DNA of 62,966 nt, counting the filler, from Octopus bimaculoides (Eukaryota): NCBI RefSeq assembly GCF_001194135.2. It is 5 parts of 5 records of this genome, joined end to end, with 100 filler letters (N's around TTAATTAATTAA, not from the genome) between each part and the next. Parts side by side here need not be neighbours in the genome. Positions count along the whole stretch, not along the records: positions 31,916 to 40,036 come from NC_068982.1; positions 40,137 to 62,966 come from NC_068983.1; 3 more parts are not named here. One strand, 5' to 3'. A program made the position numbers and the translations under genes. Under the pieces are notes generated by a model. The model ran no database searches. It saw only the letters and a list, made by a program, of their open reading frames with translations, and had not been told where the DNA came from. Each line of letters starts with the position of its first letter. Position 1 is the stretch's first letter. Positions 38,075 to 50,468 of this stretch are shown piece after piece.

Positions 38075-39715
38075 NNNNNNNNNNNNNNNNNNNNNNNNNN
38101 NNNNNNNNNNNNNNNNNNNNNNNNNNNNNNNNNNNNNNNNNNNNNNNNNNNNNNNNNNNNNNNNNNNNNNNNNNNNNNNNNNNNNNNNNNNNNNNNNNNN
38201 NNNNNNNNNNNNNNNNNNNNNNNNNNNNNNNNNNNNNNNNNNNNNNNNNNNNNNNNNNNNNNNNNNNNNNNNNNNNNNNNNNNNNNNNNNNNNNNNNNNN
38301 NNNNNNNNNNNNNNNNNNNNNNNNNNNNNNNNNNNNNNNNNNNNNNNNNNNNNNNNNNNNNNNNNNNNNNNNNNNNNNNNNNNNNNNNNNNNNNNNNNNN
38401 NNNNNNNNNNNNNNNNNNNNNNNNNNNNNNNNNNNNNNNNNNNNNNNNNNNNNNNNNNNNNNNNNNNNNNNNNNNNNNNNNNNNNNNNNNNNNNNNNNNN
38501 NNNNNNNNNNNNNNNNNNNNNNNNNNNNNNNNNNNNNNNNNNNNNNNNNNNNNNNNNNNNNNNNTATATATATATATATATATGCACAGAAGATTTAGGA
38601 GGATGTATGAATACTGATGAGTGGTAAAATGTGTTGTTTCTACATAATTACATAATGAATCGTCGTTCAATGAAAAAAAAATTGATTTTCCAGTTGAAGT
38701 ATGTTACAAGACAATGCATTGACTGTCACGAAGTGCCCTATAGCAAGTGGAGTACATGTGTATAACGCATATGATAACACATATCATTATGTATCGCATA
38801 ATTATTCGCATGTTAATAGGCACTAATTTAATTATTTTAAAATGTATTCCTTCATTAATTCAACTAAGTAATGACATTAGTTTATGTACGATATTAAGTG
38901 GTATTAATATTGCAATTAACGTTAAAACGTGTATGGGTAAAGAATACGTGAATATACATGTGGGTGAGCGTGTACGTGTGAGTGTGTGTATTGTATTGTA
39001 TTGAGTTTGCTTATTTATGGCTGAGTGGGTTTTATAAGACAAATATCTACGGACTTCTGATAATATTAGACCCTATGAATGATTATTTCCAATTAATTTA
39101 CAATATCAAATACAATTAGTAAAATTCGTTATATATATGATCAACTATCATATAGACATATTCAAAGTATTGTAAATAGAATATACGATAGGAGCATTAG
39201 TTGCTTAATTATTAATTTAAAGCATTTACGCAGTAATATAGAATTTAGAAGTGCTGGTGACGTCATCAATGTAGAAACGTTCGTAAAATGACACCCTACT
39301 GTGATATAATTACCTTTGATGAATACTCAGTTCTCCTCCAGTTCAGATGTTGACAGGATTGTGTCTATCAGACGCACAATCCCATACAGACATAAAGGCA
39401 GTAATATGTATACGTGTATGTATGAATGCATGTATGTGTGTGTATCTATCTATTCATATATATGTTTCTATGTAGTGTATGTGTGTGTCTGTATGTGTGT
39501 GTGTACCCATTTGCCTGTAAAGCTCTGTACATATGGTAATGCATGATGTGTTTGCTTGCTTGTGTTAAGTTAATCGAATTTTAGAATCATCACCTTATGT
39601 CTAAAAGTGAGAACAATCAAAGCAGGAAACGGAGAGAAATTAACACGAATTATATCCTAATCTTGTGTGACGTCATATGTACAGTATATACATACACATA
39701 ATAAAAGGCTGCATT

Positions 39716-39754
<39 letters not shown>

Positions 39755-39756
39755 GT

Positions 39757-40036
39757 AGGAGAGTAGATAGAGATAGCATAGGGTGTCCACAATTTCACAT
39801 AGTCAGCTACACGGATCACAAACTTGTGACGTGTACGCTAGACTTAGATAAGACACATAGGCAGGGCTCCGGTTACTGGAAACTAAACGCGTCTTTCCCG
39901 TCGAGACCAGTTTTCAGAGACCGGATTAGCACGTTAGTAAAGAGGGCTTTGACAGGAGCCATCATCAATAACAAATGGTGGTTTGCCCTCAAGAGAGCAA
40001 TAAAATTAGAAGCGGTTAGGTATAGCAAAGCACTAG
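39757..40036 (+). mobile_element. L1/Tx1-clade LINE, AP endonuclease C-terminus and linker
   Basis: CPQFHIVSYTDHKLVTCTLDL...GSGYWKLNAS...FRDRI...WW..LKRAIK..AVRYSK (TDH catalytic motif, GYWKLN). Confidence 0.85.
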
Positions 40037-40135
40037 NNNNNNNNNNNNNNNNNNNNNNNNNNNNNNNNNNNNNNNNNNNNTTAATTAATTAANNNNNNNN
40101 NNNNNNNNNNNNNNNNNNNNNNNNNNNNNNNNNNN

Positions 40136-40244
40136 NGAAGAAGAAGAAGAAGAAGAAGAAGAAGAAGAAGAAGAAGAAGAAGAAGAAGAAGAAGAAGAAG
40201 AAGAAGAAGAAGAAGAAGAAGAAGAAGAAGAAGAAGAAGAAGAA

Positions 40245-40277
<33 letters not shown>

Positions 40278-40278
40278 A
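40136..40278. repeat. (GAA)n then (GAAA)n microsatellite; another (GAA)n at 42590-42663
   Basis: Direct runs. Confidence 0.95.
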
Positions 40279-40406
40279 GCGACAATTTGTCTGCATTCAA
40301 ACCTGTAAAGACATTGGAAAAGATATGTCTGCACGCGTGTATGTGTGTAAGTGTATTCTCTCTGTTTCTCTCTTTCTCCCTCTCTCTTTCTTTCTCTCTC
40401 CCTATT

Positions 40407-40479
<73 letters not shown>

Positions 40480-40632
40480 ATCACATATATGTACACATAT
40501 ATGATACACACACACACACACACACACACACTCATATACATATATATATATCACATATGTATGTGTGTGTGCGTGTACACGCACACCTATGTATGTATGT
40601 ATGTATGTATGTATGTATGTANNNNNNNNNNG

Positions 40633-41035
40633 ACTTGTCCCAAACTTTGGCATCGAGAGTTACACAAATACTAGAACAGGGTGCCACTGCATAGTAGCAA
40701 GGATTCCGAATTTGTCATCAAGATACAAGAAAAGATACAGCAACAGTTTGGGCTTCAGGGGACCACAGCTCTTTAATATCCTCCCGAAGGACCTGAGAGA
40801 CCTGCATGGGGTGGATGTAGGCGTCTTCAAAATGAAACTGGACCTCTTACTGTTAAATGTTCCAGACGAACCAACTTCACAGCAGGAAGTGCAGATGAGG
40901 GCAGCGGCATCAGACTCCCTCATGCACGAAATGTCAATTTCTAGAAAGAATTCGTGAAGTAAAATAATGTAGCAGCACCAAATGGCGATGCCCCAGCATG
41001 GCCACAGCTCATGAGCTGAAACTAGATGAAATCAA
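40633..41035 (+). mobile_element. CR1-group LINE 3' end (ORF2 C-terminus plus 3' UTR)
   Basis: SLGFRGPQLFNILPKDLRDL...FKMKLDLLLLNVPDEP matches the GPxLFNxLPxxLR..FKxxLD C-terminus of CR1/L2/Daphne-type ORF2; exact clade uncertain. Confidence 0.8.
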
Positions 41036-41734
41036 ATCATATACATATACATATATATATATCACATATGTATGTGTGTGTGCGTGTACACGCACACCTA
41101 TGTATGTATGTATGTATGTATNNNNNNNNNNNNNNNNNNNNNNNNNNNNNNNNNNNNNNNNNNNNNNNNNNNNNNNNNNNNNNNNNNNNNNNNNNNNNNN
41201 NNNNNNNNNNNNNNNNNNNNNNNNNNNNNNNNNNNNNNNNNNNNNNNNNNNNNNNNNNNNNNNNNNNNNNNNNNNNNNNNNNNNNNNNNNNNNNNNNNNN
41301 NNNNNNNNNNNNNNNNNNNNNNNNNNNNNNNNNNNNNNNNNNNNNNNNNNNNNNNNNNNNNNNNNNNNNNNNNNNNNNNNNNNNNNNNNNNNNNNNNNNN
41401 NNNNNNNNNNNNNNNNNNNNNNNNNNNNNNNNNNNNNNNNNNNNNNNNNNNNNNNNNNNNNNNNNNNNNNNNNNNNNNNNNNNNNNNNNNNNNNNNNNNN
41501 NNNNNNNNNNNNNNNNNNNNNNNNNNNNNNNNNNNNNNNNNNNNNNNNNNNNNNNNNNNNNNNNNNNNNNNNNNNNNNNNNNNNNNNNNNNNNNNNNNNN
41601 NNNNNNNNNNNNNNNNNNNNNNNNNNNNNNNNNNNNNNNNNNNNNNNNNNNNNNNNNNNNNNNNNNNNNNNNNNNNNNNNNNNNNNNNNNNNNNNNNNNN
41701 NNNNNNNNNNNNNNNNNNNNNNNNNNNNNNNNNN

Positions 41735-41772
<38 letters not shown>

Positions 41773-42439
41773 ATCACATATATGTACACATATATGATAC
41801 ACACACACACACACACACACACACTCATATACATATATATATATCACATATGTATGTGTGTGTGCGTGTACACGCACACCTATGTATGTATGTATGTATG
41901 TATGTATGTATGTATCAACATTTAGATAGATATAGAGACAGAAGAAGGATGGGTAAGGAGCAAAGAGAGATTCCAGTATAGCTTTGAGATAGAGCACAAC
42001 TGTTCTTCTGAATCCAGCACGTAATTGTTTACTTTGTTTTGCTTTCCATTTTATATTTGAATTCCACTTACTTTATCGGCTACTCACATTGTCTCTCTTA
42101 CGGTATTAACTACACTTCCACCACCAAAATAAATGCTACAATACAAATGCCACTTGTCGATGTGCACTTATATATAACCACTAAACTGTATTTCTATGCA
42201 ATTGCATTTTACTATCACCCATCAGCTAAAGAAAACATCTATTCAGAACAAATTAATGACGAGAATGTATCATTTTGATGCAAATTCTAAGCTCTGTTCT
42301 ATAGACTACCTTTAAGCTATTGTGGTATAGAAAAATTGTATATAATCCGCAAATGCATCGTGATATTCAGGACTATCCAAGCAAAAATAGTAAAAATATA
42401 ATGCCTGTGCTACTGAGGTCTATAATTCTTTATTTTCAG

Positions 42440-42488
42440 ATGGCGTTGTACTGTTCATTGGTTCGCTTTTGGACGGTTCTAGCTGCAT
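42440..42488 (+). CDS. Candidate exon encoding a signal-peptide-like start (MALYCSLVRFWTVLAA+T)
   Basis: Acceptor ttctttattttcAG immediately before ATG; non-optimal donor CAT|GTCAGT; phase-1 end. Confidence 0.3.
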
Positions 42489-42739
42489 GTCAGTTTTTTC
42501 TATAAGATGGATTTGTTAACCCCTCTCTCAGTTCAATCTATCCCCACTCATGGTGACATGGGCATTGTGAGTCAGTGTTTGTTAACACCAAGAAGAAGAA
42601 GAAGAAGAAGAAGAAGAAGAAGAAGAAGAAGAAGAAGAAGAAGAAGAAGAAGAAGAAGAAGAAAATGCAATTTATTATTTTGAGGTCCCATCGTAATTGA
42701 ATCTATCAGTTCCTGTACTTGATGTATGTATGAGAGTGG

Positions 42740-42888
42740 CGGGATTTGAACTCAGGACATAAAGGGACTTTGCCTTTCACCCTTTCGGGGTCGATAAATT
42801 AAGTACCAGTTGCGTAATGGGGGGGATCTAATCGACTGCTCCCCCCTTCCCACAAAATTTCGGGCTTGGTGCCTAGAGTAGAAAAGAA
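42740..42888 (+). mobile_element. SINE family B 3' half
   Basis: gactttgcctttcaccctttcggggtcgataaattaagtaccagttg...gtgcctagagtagaaaagaat. Confidence 0.8.
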
Positions 42889-43029
42889 TATTTTATATAC
42901 ACTATTTACTACACAAGCATAATCTTAATTCATAATCCTTAGCTTGATTGAATTATATCCCATGTTCATCTGACATTTCTTCTAAGTTCAATTAATTGAG
43001 TAGGTTTTGGTATGTTATTCGCTATACTC

Positions 43030-43431
43030 TTTTATTTTTACTCTTTTACATGTTTCAGTCATTTGACTGCGGTCATGCTGGAGCACCACCTTTAGCCGAG
43101 CAAATCGACCCCAGGACTTATTCTTTGGATGCCTAGTACTTATTATATCGGTGTCTTTTGCCGAACCGCTAAGTTACGGGGACATAAACACACCAGCATC
43201 GGTTGTCAAGCGATGTTAGGGGGACATATACACATACATACATATATATATATATATATACATATATACGACGGGCTTCTTTCAGTTTCCGTCTACCAAA
43301 TCCACTCACAAGGCATTGGTCGGCCAGAGACTATAGTAGAAGACACTTGCCCAAGGTGCCACGCAGTGGGAATGAACCCGGAACCATGTGATTGATAAGC
43401 AAGCTACTTACCACACAGCCACTCCTGCGCC
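43030..43431 (-). mobile_element. Full-length tRNA-derived SINE family A with internal microsatellite
   Basis: Minus: GGCGCAGGAGTGGCTGTGTGG (A box)...GGTTCATTCCC (B box), ccttgggcaagtgtc body, (TA/TG)n at ~43225-43268, tail ggtggtgctccagcatg.ccgcagtcaaatgactgaaac-(AAAAGAGT)n. Confidence 0.9.
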
Positions 43432-43447
43432 TATATCTTAACTTTCT

Positions 43448-43493
<46 letters not shown>

Positions 43494-44238
43494 GTTTTCA
43501 TCAAGCTGCCTTGTAGCATATCAGTAGTGAGCAATACGAATAGGTATAACTTGAAGATCTGTTAGCCTGCCGACTTAAGAAAAAAAAAGAAAACAAGCAA
43601 AGAATAGAATTAATAAATCAGTTCTGAGTGTAATTATAATGTAAAGACGTGACGGTCATGACTGGAATATCAGTCAAATAATATGTGAACAATCACTTCT
43701 TAAAGGTCTAGGGATGCACTTAAATTTGCAAAAATCTTTTTTTTTTTTTTTTCGCTAACTAGACGTGGAGCATCACATGATTACGAACAGCAATCAATCT
43801 CGCGGCAAGTTAACACAACGCTTGTCATTTTAGAATTCCCCTACCTCTTGGCAGATAAATGGACGTGGTGAATGGAAGTTTAGTGTTTTGGCTGAGATAC
43901 AGTATACATCTATTAACATTATACCGACTTCAACAGCCGCAATTCTATTCATATATCTGCTGATCCAAATACTACATGAGATTCTCCAATTTATGGCTGT
44001 AAATTTTCTTCATTTCGCTTTTCTTATAAAATATTGACTATGTTATTCTGCTTTCCTCAGCAGCACTAGGAAACCTATAAGTATTCAGAATTACATCCTT
44101 TCATTTCATAAAAGTAGATTTGATCTATAAAAGGAAAAACATATACATAAACATCATACGGTGTGTATAGGAAATAACAAAGAACATCTTATAAAATCTC
44201 TTTACAAATCAATAGCTATTAAATTATATATGTATATG

Positions 44239-44283
<45 letters not shown>

Positions 44284-45124
44284 NNNNNNNNNNNNNNNNN
44301 NNNNNNNNNNNNNNNNNNNNNNNNNNNNNNNNNNNNNNNNNNNNNNNNNNNNNNNNNNNNNNNNNNNNNNNNNNNNNNNNNNNNNNNNNNNNNNNNNNNN
44401 NNNNNNNNNNNNNNNNNNNNNNNNNNNNNNNNNNNNNNNNNNNNNNNNNNNNNNNNNNNNNNNNNNNNNNNNNNNNNNNNNNNNNNNNNNNNNNNNNNNN
44501 NNNNNNNNNNNNNNNNNNNNNNNNNNNNNNNNNNNNNNNNNNNNNNNNNNNNNNNNNNNNNNNNNNNNNNNNNNNNNNNNNNNNNNNNNNNNNNNNNNNN
44601 NNNNNNNNNNNNNNNNNNNNNATATACACACGCACACAAAACACACGCATACATACATGAATTCACGTAAATTAAAGGATAGATTAGAATGTGAAGTTTA
44701 TTAAAACTACCCGAATTTTAATCAATATGTTTACTTAAGTATTTGTATCATTGTTTAATAATTAATGTGATATTAATTAATGTTATAAATAGGGTTTGTA
44801 TATTCCTGTTTAGGAAGCAAACATGTAAGCTATTATTTCTATTCATGTAGCTGTTATTGAATTAAATTATGGCATTTTCATTATTCGTTGTCAACGATTA
44901 TTATTCCTAAATTCTACATGGTTATTGATTAATTTTTCTGGTAATATTGTATCTAACCTGGAAGGAGTAACTGAAGAACTCGGCCACCGTGTTATTCGAT
45001 TTCTTATGTAAAAAGAGATGAGACGAAGTAAAGCAAGCCATTTATCCGTCTTTCTCCAAATCCAACAAACTACAGTTGATAATTCGTGTTGTCATCCATA
45101 TTAGCTAGATTGATTTCACATTGT

Positions 45125-45292
45125 GGGCCTAATTCGATTACATCGACCCTAGGGCTCGACTGAACTTATTTTATCGACCCCAAAAGATGTAAGATAAAGT
45201 CAACTTAAGAACAATTTGAACTCAGACGTAAGGATGCATCAAATGCCGCTAAGAATTCTGCCTGGTGTGCTAACGATTCTGCCAGCGCGCGG
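45125..45292 (-). mobile_element. SINE family B (diverged); an internally deleted + copy lies at ~45440-45575
   Basis: Reverse complement of the family B head and body. Confidence 0.7.
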
Positions 45293-45574
45293 CTTTATAA
45301 ACATTAGCAATATTTCCACCAAAAATGGTAAGATGTGGGGAGCAAGAAATGTTAGCTGTCTATAAACTGTGACCTTCCGAACGGTCATATTTCAGATTGA
45401 AATGAAATCTTTTCACTTATAATACTTCATTATCATTTTTAAGGTAGCAAGCAGGCAGAATCGTTTGCACACCCGCCAGAGTCAACTTCGCCTTTCATCC
45501 TAGATAGAATCAGTACTAGCTGGGTACTGGCACCCTCTCGCAAAATTTCAGACTTTGTGCATTTAGTAGAAAAG

Positions 45575-45621
45575 ATGATGATGATGATGATGATGATTAT
45601 TATTATTATTATTATTATTAT

Positions 45622-45666
<45 letters not shown>

Positions 45667-45682
45667 CAGTAGTAGTAGTAGT

Positions 45683-45747
<65 letters not shown>

Positions 45748-45785
45748 CAGCAGTAGTAGTAGTAGTAGTAGTAGTAGTTGTAGTA
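45575..45785. repeat. Compound trinucleotide array (GAT)n-(TAT)n-(TAG)n-(CAG)n-(TAG)n
   Basis: Direct inspection. Confidence 0.95.
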
Positions 45786-45989
45786 TTTTCATTATCATCT
45801 TTCAATTTTGTTTCCATTTCTTACCGAGTGTCTTCCTGACACTTTAAGGCAGAGAAACGCACTGTATACATTGGTAGTCCATTAACGCAAACACACCTAA
45901 TTGTTCATTTACGAAGTCATGTGATAGAGAAAAAGGGGAAGAAAGACAGAGAGAAAAAGAAAAAGAAAGAGTATAAAAAATAAACAAAG

Positions 45990-47085
45990 AAAGTATCGGC
46001 ACTTTGGGTCAGTCTCATCATTGCAGTATCGGCAATTTTTCATCACATGGCTTGATAGTTCCGAGTCAGTAAGCTCTGATCTTGAGCAGCCAAGATAAAG
46101 CCTTCAATCTCGACTTTTAACTCTGAGCTCCGTCGCCTCTGATGGGTGTGCTTCTGGTCTACATCAGCTTGTTTGCTATGGGTCACATGTTTGACATGTA
46201 GAGGTTTTTATTCCCACCTATCAGCCAATTGTTCAAGCGCATTTTGCTTTGCTATCGATTTCACCTTATTTGCAACTGCACTACAATTTCCGCACTTCCA
46301 TCATGTTGTTCAACCTGGATATTATGCATAAACTCATTAGCAAATTTCTTGCTCTCCATAGCAGAATGAAGCTCTTACATCCCTCGTGGTTTTGAACGAG
46401 CTTTAGCATCCGGTCGTTAAATATTTCAAGATATTTTGCCAGTTCAATTTTGGTGGTTTTGTAATAGATTTCAAATTGGAGCAAGCCTCAACTTCCTTGA
46501 GCTCTGACTAGGTAAAGACGATCTGCTTCTGCTTTGGGTAGTGCATCTTATTGCAAGTCAGCTGCTTACGGATTTTCCTGTCAATCTTCCTTATTTCGCT
46601 CATATTCCAGTTCAACACATTGAAACTGTAAGAAGCAACAGGAACTCCTAAAGAATTTATAGTTACACCTTGTTACGTGCATTTAACTCGGATTTAAAGA
46701 CTGCTCGAACTCTCCTGTAACATTTCTTCCTGATTCTCTCTTTCATAGCTGCATGTTGAATGTCAGAGCTCTCGTTTATTCCGAGGTATTTGTAAGTTTG
46801 TTCCTGCTCGAGTTCATTTAAAACTGAGTCAACATCTAAGTGCCACTGAATGTGAGGTCTTCAATTTCCCTTTCTGGAAAATGGCCTTGGCTCATTTATC
46901 AAGACCAAATTTCATCCCGATATCATCACTGAATGCTTTTACAGTACGTAGTAGTCCTTCAAGCTCATTATCGTCTTTGCCATAGAATTTTAAATCATCC
47001 ATATCAAATAGATTACTTATTTTCTTGTCGCCAATTTTATACCTATACCCTGTCCTGTTAAGGGGTATTAAGGCTATACATAAAA
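45990..47085 (-). mobile_element. R4/Dong-clade LINE: RT domains 5-7, thumb and pre-CCHC region
   Basis: CIALIPL...LFDMDDLKFYGK...IGMKFGLDK...YKYLG...YRRVRAVFKSELN...IDRKIRK...DRLYL...KPLH...EIEGFILAAQDQSLLTRNYQA...DPKCR. Confidence 0.9.
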
Positions 47086-47235
47086 TTTATTATTATTATT
47101 AGATTAGACTGTTGGAGAAGAAAAATCCTAACATCGGGCTAGAGCAAGTAACCTTGCATGCCAAGAATTATTATTATTTTCCATCGTGACACACTGCAGG
47201 TAAAAATGCACCGGAGTCTTTAGTCATCTGTCAAA

Positions 47236-47385
47236 TCACAAGGACCTCAGACAGATAATACTTTCCTTAAGATGTACGCTGTGCCCAGTAAGGCTGCTTT
47301 TTGCAAGACATCAATATTGCATGGGATTTCCAGTTGCCTTAAGAAGTTTTGAAGCTTCAATGGTATCACTTTTACGTTAACCTGT
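47236..47385 (-). mobile_element. R4/Dong-clade extreme C-terminus fragment
   Basis: LQNFLRQLEIPCNIDVLQKAALLGTAYILRKVLSV*. Confidence 0.8.
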
Positions 47386-47414
47386 CGCATTATTATTATT
47401 ATTATTATTATTAT

Positions 47415-48757
47415 TGTTCAGTAGTTTTATTTTTATAACGTGCTTTCACTTCACTACCGAGCGCAGCTCTTGGGTATGTGCTGTGGTTTGCTGTGGTGCT
47501 CTTATGTTTACTGTATTGAAAGTGTTTTGTGTAGAATGTGTGCAGTACCCAGTAGTGCAATTTTCTGTATGTTATATATATTTGTAAGTCCTGGTGTTTT
47601 TGTTATGTATTTGTCTGAATATTTTTTTATTATACTTAAGGCACCTACTATGNNNNNNNNNNNNNNNNNNNNNNNNNNNNNNNNNNNNNNNNNNNNNNNN
47701 NNNNNNNNNNNNNNNNNNNNNNNNNNNNNNNNNNNNNNNNNNNNNNNNNNNNNNNNNNNNNNNNNNNNNNNNNNNNNNNNNNNNNNNNNNNNNNNNNNNN
47801 NNNNNNNNNNNNNNNNNNNNNNNNNNNNNNNNNNNNNNNNNNNNNNNNNNNNNNNNNNNNNNNNNNNNNNNNNNNNNNNNNNNNNNNNNNNNNNNNNNNN
47901 NNNNNNNNNNNNNNNNNNNNNNNNNNNNNNNNNNNNNNNNNNNNNNNNNNNNNNNNNNNNNNNNNNNNNNNNNNNNNNNNNNNNNNNNNNNNNNNNNNNN
48001 NNNNNNNNNNNNNNNNNNNNNNNNNNNNNNNNNNNNNNNNNNNNNNNNNNNNNNNNNNNNNNNNNNNNNNNNNNNNNNNNNNNNNNNNNNNNNNNNNNNN
48101 NNNNNNNNNNNNNNNNNNNNNNNNNNNNNNNNNNNNNNNNNNNNNNNNNNNNNNNNNNNNNNNNNNNNNNNNNNNNNNNNNNNNNNNNNNNNNNNNNNNN
48201 NNNNNNNNNNNNNNNNNNNNNNNNNNNNNNNNNNNNNNNNNNNNNNNNNNNNNNNNNNNNNNNNNNNNNNNNNTCTTCTTCTTCTTCTTCTTCTTCTTTT
48301 TCTTCTTCTTCTTCTTCGTATTTGTTAGGTAGATTGATTTCTTGTTTGTATTTGTCAGCTTCCTTAAATACCGAAAACAGTTTTTTGTTTTGCTCGTGTT
48401 TTGTGGCTATTTGTATTAGTTTCCCTTACTTCTGAAGTAGGTATTTTTGCAGTCCTATGGTGGTTATTTTATAATAGTTTTCTAGTTGTATAAGACCCCT
48501 GCCACCTTCTGTGCGTTGTATATATAGCCTTTCTATGTCAGATTTTGGGTGGTGCATCCTATATCCTGTCATTATTTTTCTTGTTTTCCTGTCTATTTTA
48601 CATAGTTCGTTTAGTGTCCAGTTAAGGATGTTGTAGCTGTAGCTTATAAATGGTACAGCTAAAGTATTGATACACATCATCTTGTTTTTAGCATTGAGCT
48701 CTGTTTTTAGTATTGATCTAACTCGTCTATAGTACTCTTTCTTTATTTTTTCTTTCA

Positions 48758-48765
<8 letters not shown>
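47415..48765 (-). mobile_element. R4/Dong-clade LINE 3' part spanning an N-gap
   Basis: 48765-48316: KEYYRRVRSILKTELNAKNK...IDRKTRK...HHPKSDIERLYIQRTEGGRGLIQLE. 47652-47505: IVGALSII...IQKIALLGTAHILHKTLSIQ*. 3' UTR ends in (TAA)n. Joining across the gap is inferred. Confidence 0.85.
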
Positions 48766-48800
<35 letters not shown>

Positions 48801-49379
48801 CAATATTAGTATTGCCATTTTTACTTTTAATCTGCATCTTAGTTACAGTCACTTGCCGAGACACACCCAGCATCTTCGGGCGAGTGAAGGATAAGAGATG
48901 TTACGGTATGACTGAATGCTTGGGGAGGAAAGGTAGCGAAATAACTTCATGTAATACAACACAGACATTTAAATGGATAGAGTTTTTCTAAGGACACGGG
49001 CAGTACTTCTCAGCACAATCTTTTGGATTTCTCTGAGACATGGTTCTGACATCCCTTTTTTATCATCTGTGTATGTGTGCGTACGCGTGTCTATGTGTTT
49101 CGGTCAATGGATATGCGTTAAAATAGGAAAAGTAATAAACGAGTGAAGGACAAATACATACATACATACACACATATATATATATATATTATATATATNN
49201 NNNNNNNNNNNNNNNNNNNNNNNNNNNNNNNNNNNNNNNNNNNNNNNNNNNNNNNNNNNNNNNNNNNNNNNNNNNNNNNNNNNNNNNNNNNNNNNNNNNN
49301 NNNNNNNNNNNNNNNNNNNNNNNNNNNNNNNNNNNNNNNNNNNNNNNNNNNNNNNNNNNNNNNNNNNNNNNNNNNNNNN

Positions 49380-49416
<37 letters not shown>

Positions 49417-49489
49417 TTATACACACGAAGACACGGAGACACGGACATATATATGTGCATGCCTTCGTCTTTGTGTTTGTATTTGTGCT

Positions 49490-49620
49490 CACCACCACTG
49501 CTTATCAACCAGTATTAGTTTGTTTACATCCTCGTTACTTAACCAATTCGTTAAGAGACCAATTGAATAAGAATCAAGCTTTACAAAAATAAGTACTGGG
49601 GTCGACTTGTTCGACTAATT
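49490..49620 (+). mobile_element. SINE family A internal fragment
   Basis: gtttacatcctcgttactta.c.a.ttcg...aataagtactggggtcgacttgttcgactaa. Confidence 0.6.
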
Positions 49621-49640
49621 AGATACACACACACACGCAT

Positions 49641-49672
<32 letters not shown>

Positions 49673-50337
49673 ACACATATACACTCAGGCAAATCCTTCG
49701 GCTCCGAATAAAGAGGAGGTAGATGGAAACAATGGAGACAGCTGTCGGAAAGACGGCTTCTGCTTTTGGTTGGTTCATTTGGTGGAGTGGACCAAACGCC
49801 TTATTCTACATCACCACTTTATCTTGGACGTCTTCAACGCAATATATTCTCTTACATGCGTTCGGAGTCGGAGCTAGGTTTGAGAAAATCTTCCCACCTT
49901 CGCCACAGCCCCACCACGCTTAGAAACACTTGTAGAAAACATTATATGAGTTCCTTCTTCTCTGATTAAATTCTTGAGGAAGAAACAAACGAAGCTTGAA
50001 CGGATTTGAAACCTGCACCTAAAAATATATGACTAGATCCTGTATGCTATCTGCACTTGTATACCCAGTACTCTGTAATAGTAGTCGATCCAATCATCTT
50101 CACCACTCAGAAATATTGAAGAAATTTTGATTGATTAGTGAGAATAGATTTAATATTCTATTTGTTCCAGAATTCTTTGAGACATATCTTTATTTATTTG
50201 TTTCTTTATTTATCTATTTTAACTTTCTAATCAAATATCGATAGGTATTACACAGGTGAATTGAAAATTATCGTTTTAGATATCTAAATGATATTTACCA
50301 CGGTACTGCACACTAAACTACACTATTTTTTGTTGTC

Positions 50338-50468
<131 letters not shown>

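Noticed and set aside
38615-38650. CTGATGA core-like heptamer; another at ~62952
   Set aside because: No stem II or GAAAC partner at 38615; the 62952 instance is cut by the window end and cannot be evaluated.
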